Shown here: positions 31,952 through 46,224 of the stretch, in pieces | How the letters are laid out: every line of letters begins with the position of its first letter | Numbering within the stretch: position 1 is the stretch's first letter | NCBI RefSeq assembly: GCF_003334785.1 | Contig: NZ_QOWV01000010.1 | Source of the DNA: Escherichia coli | GTDB taxonomy: Bacteria; Pseudomonadota; Gammaproteobacteria; Enterobacterales; Enterobacteriaceae | DNA length: 64,000 nt | Reading direction: 5' to 3' (one strand) | Position numbers and translations under genes: made by a program | Notes under the pieces: model-generated | What the model was told of the DNA's origin: nothing | Databases searched by the model: none | The model's input: only the letters and a program-made list of their open reading frames with translations

Positions 31952-32778
31952 CTCTCATCCTCCGGCAGCAGCGCGCGAAAGCGTTCCAGCGCCTGGCGGG
32001 CATAGAGTCTGGGCTCGTTCATATACATCGTCACCAGCTCCACCGTACAGTAACCCTCATAGCCCCGCTCAATAATATCGCGCATCAGTTCCCGCAGCGG
32101 CATTTTGCCTTCTCCAGGAATGTAATGCGTGTCGCTGGCCCCGTCGCTGTCGACAATATGCAGATGACGTAATTTATCGCCCAGTTTGTCGAAATAACTC
32201 ATCACCGGTTCCGCCTGGACATACGGCGCGCAAATGTCGACCATGCTGAACAGGCGCGGCGAAGGCACCAGCGCCAGCGCATGAAGCACATCATTAGCAT
32301 TACACACGACGTTCGATTCATACGGCGTTAACGGTTCGAGGATTAGATCCATGCCGATGTTTTCCGCGTACTCACACAGTTCGCTTAGGTTCTCTGCCAG
32401 CCGTCCCCAGATAACATTAGGTGGCGTGAGATAGCCCGCGTGGGCCGCGGAAATCAGCGTATAACCCGCGTTCATCTCTTTTGCCATATCCATCGCCAGC
32501 TTGATCATGTCGAGGCTTTCGCGACGCATATGTTCATCGCCCAGCATCATGTTATACGGATAGCCGTTGGTTTCTGGCGTATAGCCGATAATCGGCATCT
32601 GATACGTCTGCGCCAGCGCCTTGATTTGTTTGATGCCGCCCGCTTTTAAGTCCGGCGCGAACGCGTGCGGGCGACCGCCCCAAATTTCGATGCCGTCGTA
32701 ACCCAGCTCGCTTGCATCACGAAATGCGTGTTCAATAGGCAGCCGCTGGTGGCCGCAGGTAAACATACCTGTTTTCAT
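31948..32778 (-). CDS. frlC: Fructoselysine 3-epimerase (xylose-isomerase-like TIM barrel)
   Basis: Start set at [11 protein letters not shown] (276 aa); the track ORF is longer upstream. Confidence 0.85.
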
Positions 32779-32827
32779 CGGGTAACTCCTTGCGTAAATC
32801 CGGCCCGTTGCCGGGCCGGGAGAGGGA

Positions 32828-33850
32828 TTAATATTCCACCAGACCACCGTAATAGCGGCGTTCATCCGGGTTGTGATCTTTGTAAATAGACAGGTAGTAG
32901 CAGAGCCACTCCATTGGCACGAACATCAGGAACGGTGCCAGCCACGGGTGCAGCCCTTGCGAAATTTCGGCGTAATCGATGACGATCACGTTGTCAGTAC
33001 GCTGTTTAACAAAGTTAATGGCGCGTTCGGTGGTGTGGCGACTTTCATCATTGCCGAGCAGGAACAGGAACGGAACGCCCGGTTCGACAATCTCCAGCGG
33101 GCCATGGCGGAACTCTCCGCTCTCAATCACGCAGCCGTGCGTCCAGGTAAATTCCATCAGCGTTACAATGCCTTCTTTGTAACCCAGCGGACGCAGCGGA
33201 CCCGCAGCAACGGTATAAATCATCGGCCACTGGCTGGCCAGTTCACCAAGCTGGCGGCCTTTTTCTTCCCAGGTGCGTACCAGATGACCGAGCGCATTCG
33301 GCAACTGCTTGAGATCGTTTTTGATCTTGCCGATTTCCGCGTTCGGCGCGAGGCGGGTGATCATCTCCAGCACCACGCTGTAGCAGAGCAGCAGGTGAAT
33401 TTCCCAGATACAGTCGGCCTGATAATCAATGCTAAATTCCGCCGCCGAGGTAATCGGGCTATCCGCGCGTTTGGTGAACGCCGCAGTGAGTGCGCCGCAG
33501 GCCCGGCCCAGCTCCAGCGCTTTGATTACCTCTTCGGTTTTACCGTAGTCAGAAACGCCAATTACTGCGCAACGATCGTCGAGGCGATACGGGGTGTTAT
33601 CGCAGAACTCCCAGCCGGAAATGGCGTAGACCTGAAGATCGGAAAAGCGATCCGCCAGATGTTTCGCCGTTTGCGCCGCGTTGAGTGGCGATCCGCAGGC
33701 AACGAAATAAATACGATCAATGTCGCGCTTCACCATCTCTTCCACGATGGCGTGCACCAGCGGAACGTCATGGCTGAGAACTTTTTCCACTTCCTGAACC
33801 ATATTTTCGGTGACCAGAAAGTCCACGGTGCTTTTATCAATATCCAACAT
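32828..33850 (-). CDS. frlB: Fructoselysine-6-phosphate deglycase (SIS domains)
   Basis: Start set at [13 protein letters not shown] (340 aa). Confidence 0.85.
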
Positions 33851-33870
33851 TTTATTTTCTCCAGATAACA

Positions 33871-35259
<1,389 letters not shown>

Positions 35260-35502
35260 TTAAAAGGTAACATGACAATGCATGATGAATATAACAACAT
35301 ATGATGTTATGTAATGTGGAGGAAGATCACAAAATTTCGCACAGGATCGCGCTGTGGCTAATGGATGTAGTTATCAAATTGAATTTAAAGTGAAAATATT
35401 TTTACGGGCGGGGGCAAGAAGGACATAGAAACAAATACGCCCTCGGAAAATCCAGAGGGCGTCGGGCAATTAAACCGGTGTTAGCCGATTTCTGTCAGAG
35501 AC

Positions 35503-35670
35503 TTACTGTGCAGTAGGACCGCAACCGCCAATGATTTTAGAAATAGAAATTGCCGGGTGCAGCAGGTAGTCGTAAGAGCAGTTCTTATCACGGTTTTCAA
35601 TATGACCAGTACATGCAGTTAACGTAGCCAGTACTGCACCTACCAGTGCAACTTTAATAAATTTGTTCAT
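35503..35670 (-). CDS. yhfL: Small lipoprotein YhfL
   Basis: 55-codon ORF MNKFIKVALVGAVLATLTACTGH... with signal peptide and lipobox (LTAC); below the 60-aa cut-off of the ORF track, read directly from the sequence. A hairpin plus T-run follows its stop. Confidence 0.7.
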   Translation of the reverse strand: MNKFIKVALVGAVLATLTACTGHIENRDKNCSYDYLLHPAISISKIIGGCGPTAQ

Positions 35671-35916
35671 TTACATTCCCTATGTATTATATATTAATTA
35701 ATATTCATTGATTATATGAATATAAGCAGACTGCTCGTTAAGAACGATACAGGAATATTTAATTGGCGTCAGTGAGCGAATGACTTAATTTTGTAAGTCG
35801 CTGTAACGGTGAATATAACCCATTAGCAGATAATATTTATTAAGGGGCTATGTTTTATTTGCTGAATATATAAAAAGAGTCATTAAGAAGGCCAGAATTC
35901 TCTGGCCCGGGTTAAA

Positions 35917-37290
35917 TTAATGGTTGGAGAACCAGTTCAGTTTATCGCGCAGGCCAACAACCCGACCAATAATAATTAGCGATGGACTGTTCATTTGCTG
36001 CGCCAGTTCTCCCAGCTGTGTGAGCGTACCGTCAATCACGCGCTGCGTGACTGCCGTACCGTTTTCGACAATTGCCACCGGCATTTCGCCTGGCATTCCG
36101 TGTTCAATCAGCTTTTGCTGAATAGTCGCGGCCTGATTCAACCCCATATAGAACACCAGCGTCTGTTTTTCTGCCGCCAGGTTTTCCCAGTCCAGCTCGC
36201 CACCGGTTTTTAAGTGTCCGGTAATTAAGCGTACGCTCTGGGCATAATCGCGATGCGTGAGTGGAATACCCGAATAGGCAGAGCAACCAGAAGCTGCGGT
36301 AATACCCGGAACCACCGAGAACGGAATACCCGCGTTGCACAGTGTTTCCAGCTCTTCGCCACCACGGCCAAAAATAAACGGATCGCCACCTTTCAGCCGC
36401 ACCACGCGTTTGCCTTTTTGCGCTTCCCGCAGCAGGATCTGGTTAATCTCTTCCTGGGGTACGCAGTGGTATCCCGCGCGTTTGCCGACGAAAACACGGT
36501 CCGCATCGCGGCGTACCAGATTCATAATATCGTCAGAAACCAGACGGTCGTAGACCACCACATCTGCCTGCTGAATTTGTTGCAGTCCTTTCAGTGTCAG
36601 CAGCCCGGCATCGCCCGGACCTGCACCAACCAGCACCACTTCACCGCGATGGTCGAGCGGTTCGTTGATTAACTGTTCGGTCGTTTCAGTAATGGCTTTC
36701 TGATCGTTGTTTGCCAGCGACTGCGCCAGGCGGTCGTTAACGAACAATTTCTCCCAGAAACGGCGACGCTCACCCATCGTGGCGAACTGTTGTTTCACTC
36801 GCCCGCGTAATTGCCCGGCGTATTTCGCTACCTGGCCCAGATGTAACGGCAGCAGTGATTCAAGTTTTTCGCGCAACAGGCGTGCCAGAACCGGAGAGGT
36901 GCCGCCAGAGGAGACCGCTACCATGAGCGGTGAGCGGTCAATAATCGACGGCATAATAAAGCTGGCGGCTTTCGGCGCATCGACCACGTTACAGAAGATG
37001 CGACGAGCTTCAGCGGCTTCGCTGACGCGCTGGTTAAGCGCGTCATCATCCGTCGCTGCAATCGCCAGCCAGCAGGTGTCGAGAAGGCTTTCATCAAATG
37101 GCCCTTCGACGAGGGTTAACATGCCTGCATCTGCCCATGCGGTGAACTGTGGAATAAACGCTAATGCATTCACCGTTAAGCGAGCGCCTGCGTCTAACAG
37201 CAACCTTGCTTTGCGTTCCGCGACATCACCACCGCCGACAATCAGACAGTCGCGATCGCGTAATTGGCAAAATATAGGCAAATGATCCAC
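35917..37290 (-). CDS. cysG: Siroheme synthase (multifunctional)
   Basis: 457 aa with an N-terminal NAD-binding domain ([16 protein letters not shown]) and a C-terminal methyltransferase domain. Confidence 0.95.
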
Positions 37291-37308
37291 GTAAAAACCC
37301 CTTAGTAA

Positions 37309-38115
37309 TTAACCGGCAGCCGTTTCAGTTTGATTAAATTTGTCCGCAACCGGACGATTCGCTTTCGGCGTAGCATACCAATAACCCAATCCCATGAATA
37401 CGGCACCTGATAAAGTATTACCCAGCGTCACCCACAGCAGGTTATGACCAATACCCGCCAGCGTGTAGGCTTCGCTGTGGTTGCCGAACCAGGAGAGCGC
37501 GAACAGCGTCATGTTAGCGATAGAGTGCTCGTAGCCGGACGCGATAAATGCCAGCAGACACCACCAGATAGCGATAAATTTCGCCGCCCCTTCAGTGCGC
37601 AGCGCCATCCAGATTGCCAGGCAAACCAGCCAGTTACACAATGCACCTTTGAAGAAGAGTACCATTGCCGGTGCAGTGGTTTTAGCCAGCGCGACGGAGT
37701 GAACGATGCTGGTATCTACCGGCAGCAGGCTACCGCCGCCCCAGCTATAGAGCATGGCAACGAAGACGGAACCGACCAGGTTACCCAGCCAGGTTTGCGG
37801 CAGGATTGCCCACATTTGCCCGTGGCTGATGCTGCCCGCTTTTACCCCAAAGGTGAGGAACATGGTGTGTCCGGTGAACAGTTCAGAACCGGCGATAATC
37901 ACCAGCGTTAAGGCGATACCAAAGGTCGCGCCCATCACCAAAGGGCGTACGGATGGATCGAGCAAATTACCGAGCGTGAAAATCAGGATGATCCCAAGAC
38001 CCACATACGCGCCCGCCATGGCGGAGCTGACCCAAAAGCCGAGCGGGTTATTTGCCGACAGGCGTGCAATGCGCGCAGCGTTAGCCGCACACTTATTAAT
38101 AGTGTCTGTAAACAT
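37309..38115 (-). CDS. nirC: Nitrite transporter NirC (formate/nitrite transporter family)
   Basis: 268-aa polytopic membrane protein. Confidence 0.95.
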   Translation of the reverse strand: MFTDTINKCAANAARIARLSANNPLGFWVSSAMAGAYVGLGIILIFTLGNLLDPSVRPLVMGATFGIALTLVIIAGSELFTGHTMFLTFGVKAGSISHGQMWAILPQTWLGNLVGSVFVAMLYSWGGGSLLPVDTSIVHSVALAKTTAPAMVLFFKGALCNWLVCLAIWMALRTEGAAKFIAIWWCLLAFIASGYEHSIANMTLFALSWFGNHSEAYTLAGIGHNLLWVTLGNTLSGAVFMGLGYWYATPKANRPVADKFNQTETAAG

Positions 38116-38212
38116 TTGATTATCCTTTAAAAAATAAAAACAAAAAATAAAACAAAAAGTTTAAAAAATGTCCTGCAATATACCGAAGATTATTACAGGA
38201 CCATGCAAAAAG

Positions 38213-38231
38213 GGGAGGCATTGCGCCTCCC
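38213..38231 (-). terminator. Intra-operon hairpin plus T-run just downstream of nirD (putative attenuator before nirC)
   Basis: On the coding (minus) strand, gggaggcgcaatgcctccc is followed by TTTTT, 10 nt after the nirD stop. Confidence 0.35.
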
Positions 38232-38240
38232 GTTAAAACA

Positions 38241-38567
38241 TTAACCGCGCAGCTGCACCACGCCGTCTTTCACTCGCGCTTCGTAATGTTTGACGGAAAA
38301 CTGTTCGTCTTCCATGCACAAGCCGTCGCTTAAGCGAAAACGCTGTTTTTTCAGCGGGCTGGCGACCCACAGCTCGCCCTGGTGTTCCGCAATCAGTCCG
38401 CGTGACAGCACGCTGGACTCGAAGAACGGGTCGATGTTGCTGATCGCAAACACCTGATCGCTGTGATACGGGCGGAAAATCGCGACCTGCTCGTCACCTA
38501 ACAGCGCGCAGACGCCGGTTTCAGGCAGGATGTCATCGATTTTGCAGATGTCTTTCCACTGGCTCAT
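38241..38567 (-). CDS. nirD: Nitrite reductase [NAD(P)H] small subunit
   Basis: 108 aa, Rieske-like; 4-nt overlap with nirB. Confidence 0.95.
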   Translation of the reverse strand: MSQWKDICKIDDILPETGVCALLGDEQVAIFRPYHSDQVFAISNIDPFFESSVLSRGLIAEHQGELWVASPLKKQRFRLSDGLCMEDEQFSVKHYEARVKDGVVQLRG

Positions 38568-41107
38568 GCGTTGTCCTCCACCAGAGTTACTGGGATACGT
38601 TCATACGGCGTTGCCGGACGGTGCTGTTCGCGCTCTGGCACCATCTGCACGTTCGGGTCACGCTTGTCGCTGTTGATGAAGTGTTTGAAGCGAGTCTGCG
38701 CAGACGGCGTATTGACCGTTTCAGTCCACTCACACAGTACCGCTTCACGCAGGCGCGCCATCTCTTCTTCCAGATGTGCGTTCAGCCCCAGTTTGTCGTC
38801 AATGATCACTGCTTTCAGGTAATCGATGCCGCCTTCGAGGTTTTCTAACCACGGTGCGGTACGCGTCAGTTTGTCGGCAGTACGGATGTAGAACATCATG
38901 AAGCGGTCGAGATATTTGATCAGCGTTTCGCGATCGATATCCGCCGCCAGCAGATCCGCATGACGCGGTTTCATGCCGCCGTTACCGCAAACATACAGGT
39001 TCCAGCCTTTTTCAGTGGCGATAATACCCACGTCTTTACCCTGAGCTTCTGAACATTCACGGGTACAGCCGGAGACACCGAACTTCATTTTGTGCGGCGT
39101 ACGGATGCCTTTGTAGCGGTTTTCCAGTTCCACGCCGAGGCCGACGCTGTCGCCAACGCCGTAGCGGCACCAGGTGCTACCCACGCAGGTTTTCGCCATA
39201 CGCAGTGCTTTCGCATAGGCATGACCGGTTTCGAAGCCGGCTTCAATCAGCTGACGCCAGATCTCCGGCAGATCGTCTTTCTGTGCGCCAAACATCGCCA
39301 GACGCTGGGAGCCAGTGATCTTGGTGTAGAGATTAAATTCACGCGCGATACGACCTACCGCCATCAGCCCTTCCGGGGTGATTTCACCGCCCGGAGAACG
39401 CGGGATCACCGAGTAGGTGCCGTCTTTCTGGATGTTAGCGAGGAAGTTGTCGTTAGAATCCTGCAGCGGAGTATGTTCCGGCTTCAGAATGTATTCGTTC
39501 CAGCAGGAGGCCAGCAGCGAACCGACGGTTGGTTTACAAACTTCACAACCGTAGCCTTTGCCGTGTTTCGCCAGCAGTTCTTCGAAGGTTTTAATGCCTT
39601 CAACGCGGATCAAATGGAACAGTTCCTGACGCGAATAAGCAAAGTGTTCGCACAGGTTGTTGTTAACTTCGATGCCCTGTTTCGCCAGTTCCGCGTTCAG
39701 TACCTGAGTGACCAGCGGGATACAGCCACCGCAGCCAGTACCCGCTTTGGTTTCAGCTTTCAGCGCCGCAACTGTGTGGCAGCCTTTGTTGATGGCAGCA
39801 ATCAGATCACCTTTGGTGACGTCGAAGCAGGAGCAGATTTGCGCGCTGTCCGGCAGTTTATCAACACCGATAGACGGCTTGCCGCTACCCGAGTGTGCTG
39901 GCAGGATCAGGGAATCCGGGTTTTCCGGCAGTTCGATAGCGTTCAGCACCAGTTGCAGCAGGTTACCGTAGTCGCTGGTATCGCCCACCAGTACCGCACC
40001 GAGCAGGGTTTTGTTGTCTTCGCTGACAATCAGGCGTTTGTAGATCTCTTTACTTTCGTCGAGGTAAACGTAGCTACGTGCGCCAGGCGTGCGACCGTGC
40101 GCATCACCAATACCGCCTACGTCTACGCCCAGCAGTTTCAGCTTGGCGCTAAGGTCAGCACCTTCAAAGGCGTTTTCGCTACCGAGAATATGGTCAACGG
40201 CGACCTGCGCCATTTTGTAGCCAGGTGCTACCAGACCAAATACACGGTTGTTCCAGCTTGCGCATTCACCGATGGCGTAGATATCCGGATCGGAAGTCTG
40301 GCAGGAATCATTAATGACAATACCCCCACGCGGAGCAACGTCCAGACCACACTGGGTTGCCAGCTTATCGCGTGGACGGATACCGGTAGAGAAGACGATA
40401 AAGTCGACTTCCAGTTCGCTGCCGTCGGCAAAACGCATGGTTTTACGCGCTTCAACACCTTCCTGCACAATCTCAAGGGTGTTTTTGCTGGTGTGAACGC
40501 GCACGCCCATACTTTCGATTTTGCGACGCAGCTGCTCGCCGCCCATCTGATCAAGCTGTTCTGCCATCAGCATAGGGGCAAATTCGATAACGTGGGTTTC
40601 AATACCTAAGTTTTTCAGCGCGCCTGCGGCTTCCAGACCTAACAGGCCGCCACCAACAACGGCACCGCGTTTGCTGCGACGGGCGCAGGATTCAATGGCG
40701 TTGAGGTCTTCAATAGTGCGATAGACAAAGCAGTCCTGAGTATCAGAACCTTTGATTGGCGGGATCCACGGGTAGGAACCGGTTGCCATGATCAGCTTGT
40801 CATAAAAAACGGTACGTCCGGCGCTGGAGTGAATCACCTTCTCCTGACGGTTGATGGTGATAGCGCGTTCGCCGACCAGAACTTTGATGCCGTGTTTCTC
40901 GTAGAAGCCTTCGCGCACCAGCGACAGCTCTTCGGCGGTGTGGTGAGAGAAGTAAGACGAGAGGTGTACGCGGTCATAAGCGATGCGCGGTTCTTCACAG
41001 AAAACGGTAATATCAAAGTTGGCCGCATCAGATTTATCAAGAAGATCTTCGATAAAGCGATGGCCGACCATACCGTTACCGATAATTGCGAGTCTGACTT
41101 TGCTCAT
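38564..41107 (-). CDS. nirB: Nitrite reductase [NAD(P)H] large subunit
   Basis: 847 aa with an N-terminal FAD/NAD-binding fold (RLAIIGNGMVG) and siroheme/Fe-S domain. Confidence 0.95.
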   Translation of the reverse strand: MSKVRLAIIGNGMVGHRFIEDLLDKSDAANFDITVFCEEPRIAYDRVHLSSYFSHHTAEELSLVREGFYEKHGIKVLVGERAITINRQEKVIHSSAGRTVFYDKLIMATGSYPWIPPIKGSDTQDCFVYRTIEDLNAIESCARRSKRGAVVGGGLLGLEAAGALKNLGIETHVIEFAPMLMAEQLDQMGGEQLRRKIESMGVRVHTSKNTLEIVQEGVEARKTMRFADGSELEVDFIVFSTGIRPRDKLATQCGLDVAPRGGIVINDSCQTSDPDIYAIGECASWNNRVFGLVAPGYKMAQVAVDHILGSENAFEGADLSAKLKLLGVDVGGIGDAHGRTPGARSYVYLDESKEIYKRLIVSEDNKTLLGAVLVGDTSDYGNLLQLVLNAIELPENPDSLILPAHSGSGKPSIGVDKLPDSAQICSCFDVTKGDLIAAINKGCHTVAALKAETKAGTGCGGCIPLVTQVLNAELAKQGIEVNNNLCEHFAYSRQELFHLIRVEGIKTFEELLAKHGKGYGCEVCKPTVGSLLASCWNEYILKPEHTPLQDSNDNFLANIQKDGTYSVIPRSPGGEITPEGLMAVGRIAREFNLYTKITGSQRLAMFGAQKDDLPEIWRQLIEAGFETGHAYAKALRMAKTCVGSTWCRYGVGDSVGLGVELENRYKGIRTPHKMKFGVSGCTRECSEAQGKDVGIIATEKGWNLYVCGNGGMKPRHADLLAADIDRETLIKYLDRFMMFYIRTADKLTRTAPWLENLEGGIDYLKAVIIDDKLGLNAHLEEEMARLREAVLCEWTETVNTPSAQTRFKHFINSDKRDPNVQMVPEREQHRPATPYERIPVTLVEDNA

Positions 41108-41165
41108 TTTTGCCTCGATTTCTTTTCTATTACCGCCTACCTTAACGATTCAGCAACCCCGCTTA

Positions 41166-41179
41166 TTGATGTAAATCAA
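41166..41179 (-). promoter_or_regulatory. FNR binding site of the nirB promoter
   Basis: Near-perfect FNR box TTGATttacATCAA (plus strand ttgatgtaaatcaa) about 60 bp upstream of the nirB start; a TAAGGT -10-like hexamer lies at 41139..41144. Confidence 0.7.
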
Positions 41180-41192
41180 ATTCACCTTTATA

Positions 41193-41208
41193 TACTCCTT
41201 AATGGGTA
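41193..41208 (-). promoter_or_regulatory. NarL/NarP 7-2-7 heptamer pair upstream of the FNR site
   Basis: TACCCAT-TA-AGGAGTA on the minus strand, centred about 28 bp upstream of the FNR site centre. Confidence 0.5.
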
Positions 41209-41332
41209 TATTGCTGATTTGTATAAATTTTCTTAAGTCACGGAATTGTCTGATATTTCATGTTTGTGCAAAAAATAGACAAAATGAGCGGGTTTATAGA
41301 AATAGATGCACGTAGCGGGGGAAGAGAGGAAA

Positions 41333-41362
41333 AGGCCGGACGACGATAGTGCCGTCCGGCAT
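41333..41362 (-). terminator. Putative terminator downstream of tsgA
   Basis: gccggacg...cgtccggc hairpin followed by a T-rich stretch on the minus strand. Confidence 0.4.
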
Positions 41363-41368
41363 GAGCAA

Positions 41369-42550
41369 TTAATGAGAGGTCAGGGTGTTATGCTGACGGT
41401 GACGGCTGACGAAACCTAACAGGAAGCACATCACAAAGACGACAGCGTACAGACCGTTTGCTGTAAGCAGTGCCGCCTGCGGACCGCTATGTTCAACGAT
41501 CGGGCCGGTAACCACAAAGGTCAACATAGTACCGATGGTTCCGCAGGTCAGGACAAAGTTAACCAGTTTTGGCGACGGTACTTTGGTCTGCTGTGAACCC
41601 AGGGTGATGATGGTGGTATAGATCGCGCTGGAGAAGAAGCCCAGAGCGAGAATTGACCACGCCATATGTGCTGGTGTTCCGGTGTTAAAGACGTACATCA
41701 GAATCGCAGCCAGACCAGCCAGTACGGTCAGAATGCGTTGCAAATCAAAGAAGCGAAGAATAAAGCTGAACGCCCACATGCCGACCATGTATGACATCCA
41801 GAAGTTACTCACCAGCGTGCCCGCGTCGTTCAGGCTCATGCCCAGGCCTTTGGCATACTCAGGCACCCAGGAGATAAAACCTAACTGACCGAGGATGTAG
41901 CACAACGCCGCAACAGAGAGAAACAGTACGCCGATCCCCCACTTTTCTTTCTCTACCGGAGCATCCGTTTTTGGCGCATGTTTGCCCAGCGCCGGGAACT
42001 CACAGCCGAAGGTCAGAATAAAAATAGCGACATACACCAGCCCGATGCAGGCATAAACCCAGTACCACTCAATGCTGCGCGCCAGTAGAAACGCGGCGAT
42101 CATTGGGAAAATCATCCCAGCCATACTGAAGAAGGAGTCGGTAAATAACAGGCGGGAACCGCGCTGACGCCCTTCATACATTTGTGTTACCAGGAATGTA
42201 CCAATCGACATGGTGATGCCGCTGACCACCCCGAGAATGAACATCGCCGCCGAGAACAGCGCCAGGCTGTGGCTGAACATCAAACCGGCAACCGCCAGCA
42301 CCATCAGGAGAAAGCCAAAACGTAACTGCGTTTTCAACGGGACGATTTCCATCAGCCAGGCGTTGAGGAAGATAGAGATTAAAATGCCGGCGTTGAGGAA
42401 GGTGAAGGTATTACTCATACTGGAAACAGGCAGATTGAAATAATCGGCGATATTTCCCATCACCATCCCGGTGACAATAACCAACGCACCAGTCAGTGCG
42501 TAGGAGAGAAAGCTAATCCATGTGAGCTTGATGCGATTGCTGTTAGTCAT
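41369..42550 (-). CDS. tsgA: MFS-type transporter TsgA
   Basis: 393-aa polytopic membrane protein between nirB and ppiA. Confidence 0.9.
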
Positions 42551-42811
42551 GATTGGCCTGCGTTCAAAAATAAAATGGCATAGCGGGATATGCCGCGAGC
42601 GGGCGATTTTAGGTGATTTTGTGATCTGTTTAAATGTTTTATTGCAATCGGTTGCTAAATTGCATTTTAAGAGGTGATTTTGATCACGGAATAAAAAGTG
42701 ATCGTCAGGTTACATATATTTCAGATACGTAAAATTAGGTAAAGGGATGGCCTTGTTCTTGAAGGCTATTTAGAATCTCTTCACTTGCTTTTTTTCTGCT
42801 CTGTTTGTTAA

Positions 42812-43393
<582 letters not shown>

Positions 43394-43401
43394 TGATTTC
43401 T

Positions 43402-43432
43402 CGCGCGGGCAATCTTGCCCGCGCTTCTGCTC
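43402..43432 (+). terminator. Putative terminator downstream of ppiA
   Basis: gcgcgggcaa-tc-ttgcccgcgc hairpin followed by a T-rich tract. Confidence 0.45.
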
Positions 43433-43497
43433 TCCCGGCGTAACCCGGATTTGCCGCTTATACTTGTGGCAAATGGACACGTTCAGGGAGGCATCAA

Positions 43498-43665
43498 GTG
43501 AAGAAACTCACCGATAAGCAAAAGTCCCGTCTCTGGGAGCTTCAGCGTAATCGTAATTTTCAGGCCAGTCGCCGTCTTGAAGGCGTCGAGATGCCTTTAG
43601 TCACTCTTACTGCCGCAGAGGCTTTAGCGCGCCTTGAAGAGCTGAGGAGTCACTATGAGCGATAA
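43498..43665 (+). CDS. yhfG: Small protein YhfG (FicA-type antitoxin partner of Fic)
   Basis: 55-codon GTG-initiated ORF ([21 protein letters not shown]...SHYER) read directly from the sequence; overlaps the fic start by 11 nt. Confidence 0.7.
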
Positions 43666-44257
43666 ATTCGGCGAAGGGCGCGATCCGTATCTTTATCCAG
43701 GCCTTGATATCATGCGTAACCGGCTGAACATCCGCCAGCAGCAGCGGCTGGAACAGGCCGCTTACGAAATGACGGCGCTGCGTGCTGCGACCATTGAGCT
43801 TGGTCCGCTGGTGCGCGGTTTACCGCATTTGCGAACTATCCATCGCCAGCTGTATCAGGATATTTTCGACTGGGCAGGGCAACTGCGTGAAGTTGATATT
43901 TATCAGGGTGATACGCCGTTCTGCCACTTTGCTTATATCGAAAAAGAGGGCAATGCCCTGATGCAGGATCTGGAGGAAGAAGGTTATCTGGTTGGCCTGG
44001 AGAAAGCGAAGTTCGTCGAGCGGCTGGCGCATTACTATTGTGAAATCAACGTGCTGCATCCCTTCCGGGTGGGAAGTGGTCTGGCACAGCGGATCTTCTT
44101 CGAGCAACTGGCGATTCATGCCGGATATCAACTGAGCTGGCAGGGTATCGAAAAAGAGGCCTGGAATCAGGCAAATCAGAGTGGGGCAATGGGGGATCTC
44201 ACCGCACTGCAGATGATATTTAGCAAAGTGGTAAGCGAAGCCGGGGAATCTGAGTAA
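43655..44257 (+). CDS. fic: Fic-domain protein (FicT-type adenylyltransferase)
   Basis: 200 aa with a Fic fold; the active-site motif reads [12 protein letters not shown] at 44057..44092. Confidence 0.9.
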
Positions 44258-44288
44258 AATAGCGCGGTTCTTTTGTACCGGAGCCGCC

Positions 44289-44852
44289 ATGATCCTGCTT
44301 ATAGATAACTACGATTCTTTTACCTGGAACCTCTACCAGTACTTTTGTGAACTGGGGGCGGATGTGCTGGTTAAGCGCAACGATGCGTTGACGCTGGCGG
44401 ATATCGACGCCCTTAAACCACAAAAAATTGTCATCTCACCTGGCCCCTGTACGCCAGATGAAGCCGGGATCTCCCTTGACGTTATTCGCCACTATGCCGG
44501 GCGCTTGCCGATTCTTGGCGTCTGCCTCGGTCATCAGGCAATGGCGCAGGCATTTGGCGGTAAAGTTGTGCGCGCCGCAAAGGTCATGCACGGCAAAACC
44601 TCGCCGATTACACATAACGGTGAGGGCGTATTTCGGGGGCTGGCAAATCCACTTACCGTGACACGCTACCATTCGCTGGTGGTGGAACCTGACTCATTAC
44701 CAGCGTGCTTTGACGTGACGGCCTGGAGCGAAACCCGCGAGATTATGGGGATTCGCCATCGCCAGTGGGATCTGGAAGGTGTGCAGTTCCATCCAGAAAG
44801 TATTCTTAGCGAACAAGGACATCAACTGCTGGCTAATTTCCTGCATCGCTGA
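44289..44852 (+). CDS. pabA: Aminodeoxychorismate synthase component II (glutamine amidotransferase)
   Basis: 187 aa with the class I GATase catalytic Cys (GVCLGHQ). Confidence 0.95.
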   Translation: MILLIDNYDSFTWNLYQYFCELGADVLVKRNDALTLADIDALKPQKIVISPGPCTPDEAGISLDVIRHYAGRLPILGVCLGHQAMAQAFGGKVVRAAKVMHGKTSPITHNGEGVFRGLANPLTVTRYHSLVVEPDSLPACFDVTAWSETREIMGIRHRQWDLEGVQFHPESILSEQGHQLLANFLHR

Positions 44853-44922
44853 TTTCTGATTGCCATTTAGTGATTTTTTATGCATATTTTGTGGTTATAA
44901 TTTCACATTTGTTTATGCGTAA

Positions 44923-46158
<1,236 letters not shown>

Positions 46159-46181
46159 ATACGAAGCATCAGGCAAAAGAT

Positions 46182-46210
46182 GTCGGATGCGGCGTGAATG
46201 CCTTATCCGA
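46182..46210. repeat. REP unit between argD and yhfK
   Basis: gtcggatgcggcgtgaatgccttatccga palindrome. Confidence 0.5.
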
Positions 46211-46224
46211 TGGTTTAGCCTGCA

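Noticed and set aside
32873-33868. 331-aa ORF on the plus strand
   Set aside because: Antisense to frlB; no independent support.
35671-35916. Strongly AT-rich 245-bp region between yhfL and cysG, considered as possible foreign DNA
   Set aside because: Too short to be an island, carries no ORF, and sits where the yhfL promoter and cysG terminator are expected; AT-rich promoter regions are normal in E. coli.
38131-38160. A-rich low-complexity tract (aaaataaaaacaaaaaataaaacaaaaag)
   Set aside because: Simple homopolymer-rich spacer upstream of nirC; most likely part of the nirD-nirC intercistronic region (the complementary T-rich strand follows the hairpin reported above) rather than an independent element.
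39092-40609. 505-aa ORF on the plus strand
   Set aside because: Lies entirely antisense to nirB, whose translation is an unambiguous nitrite reductase; the antisense frame has no recognisable domains and is a shadow of the strong codon bias of the sense gene.
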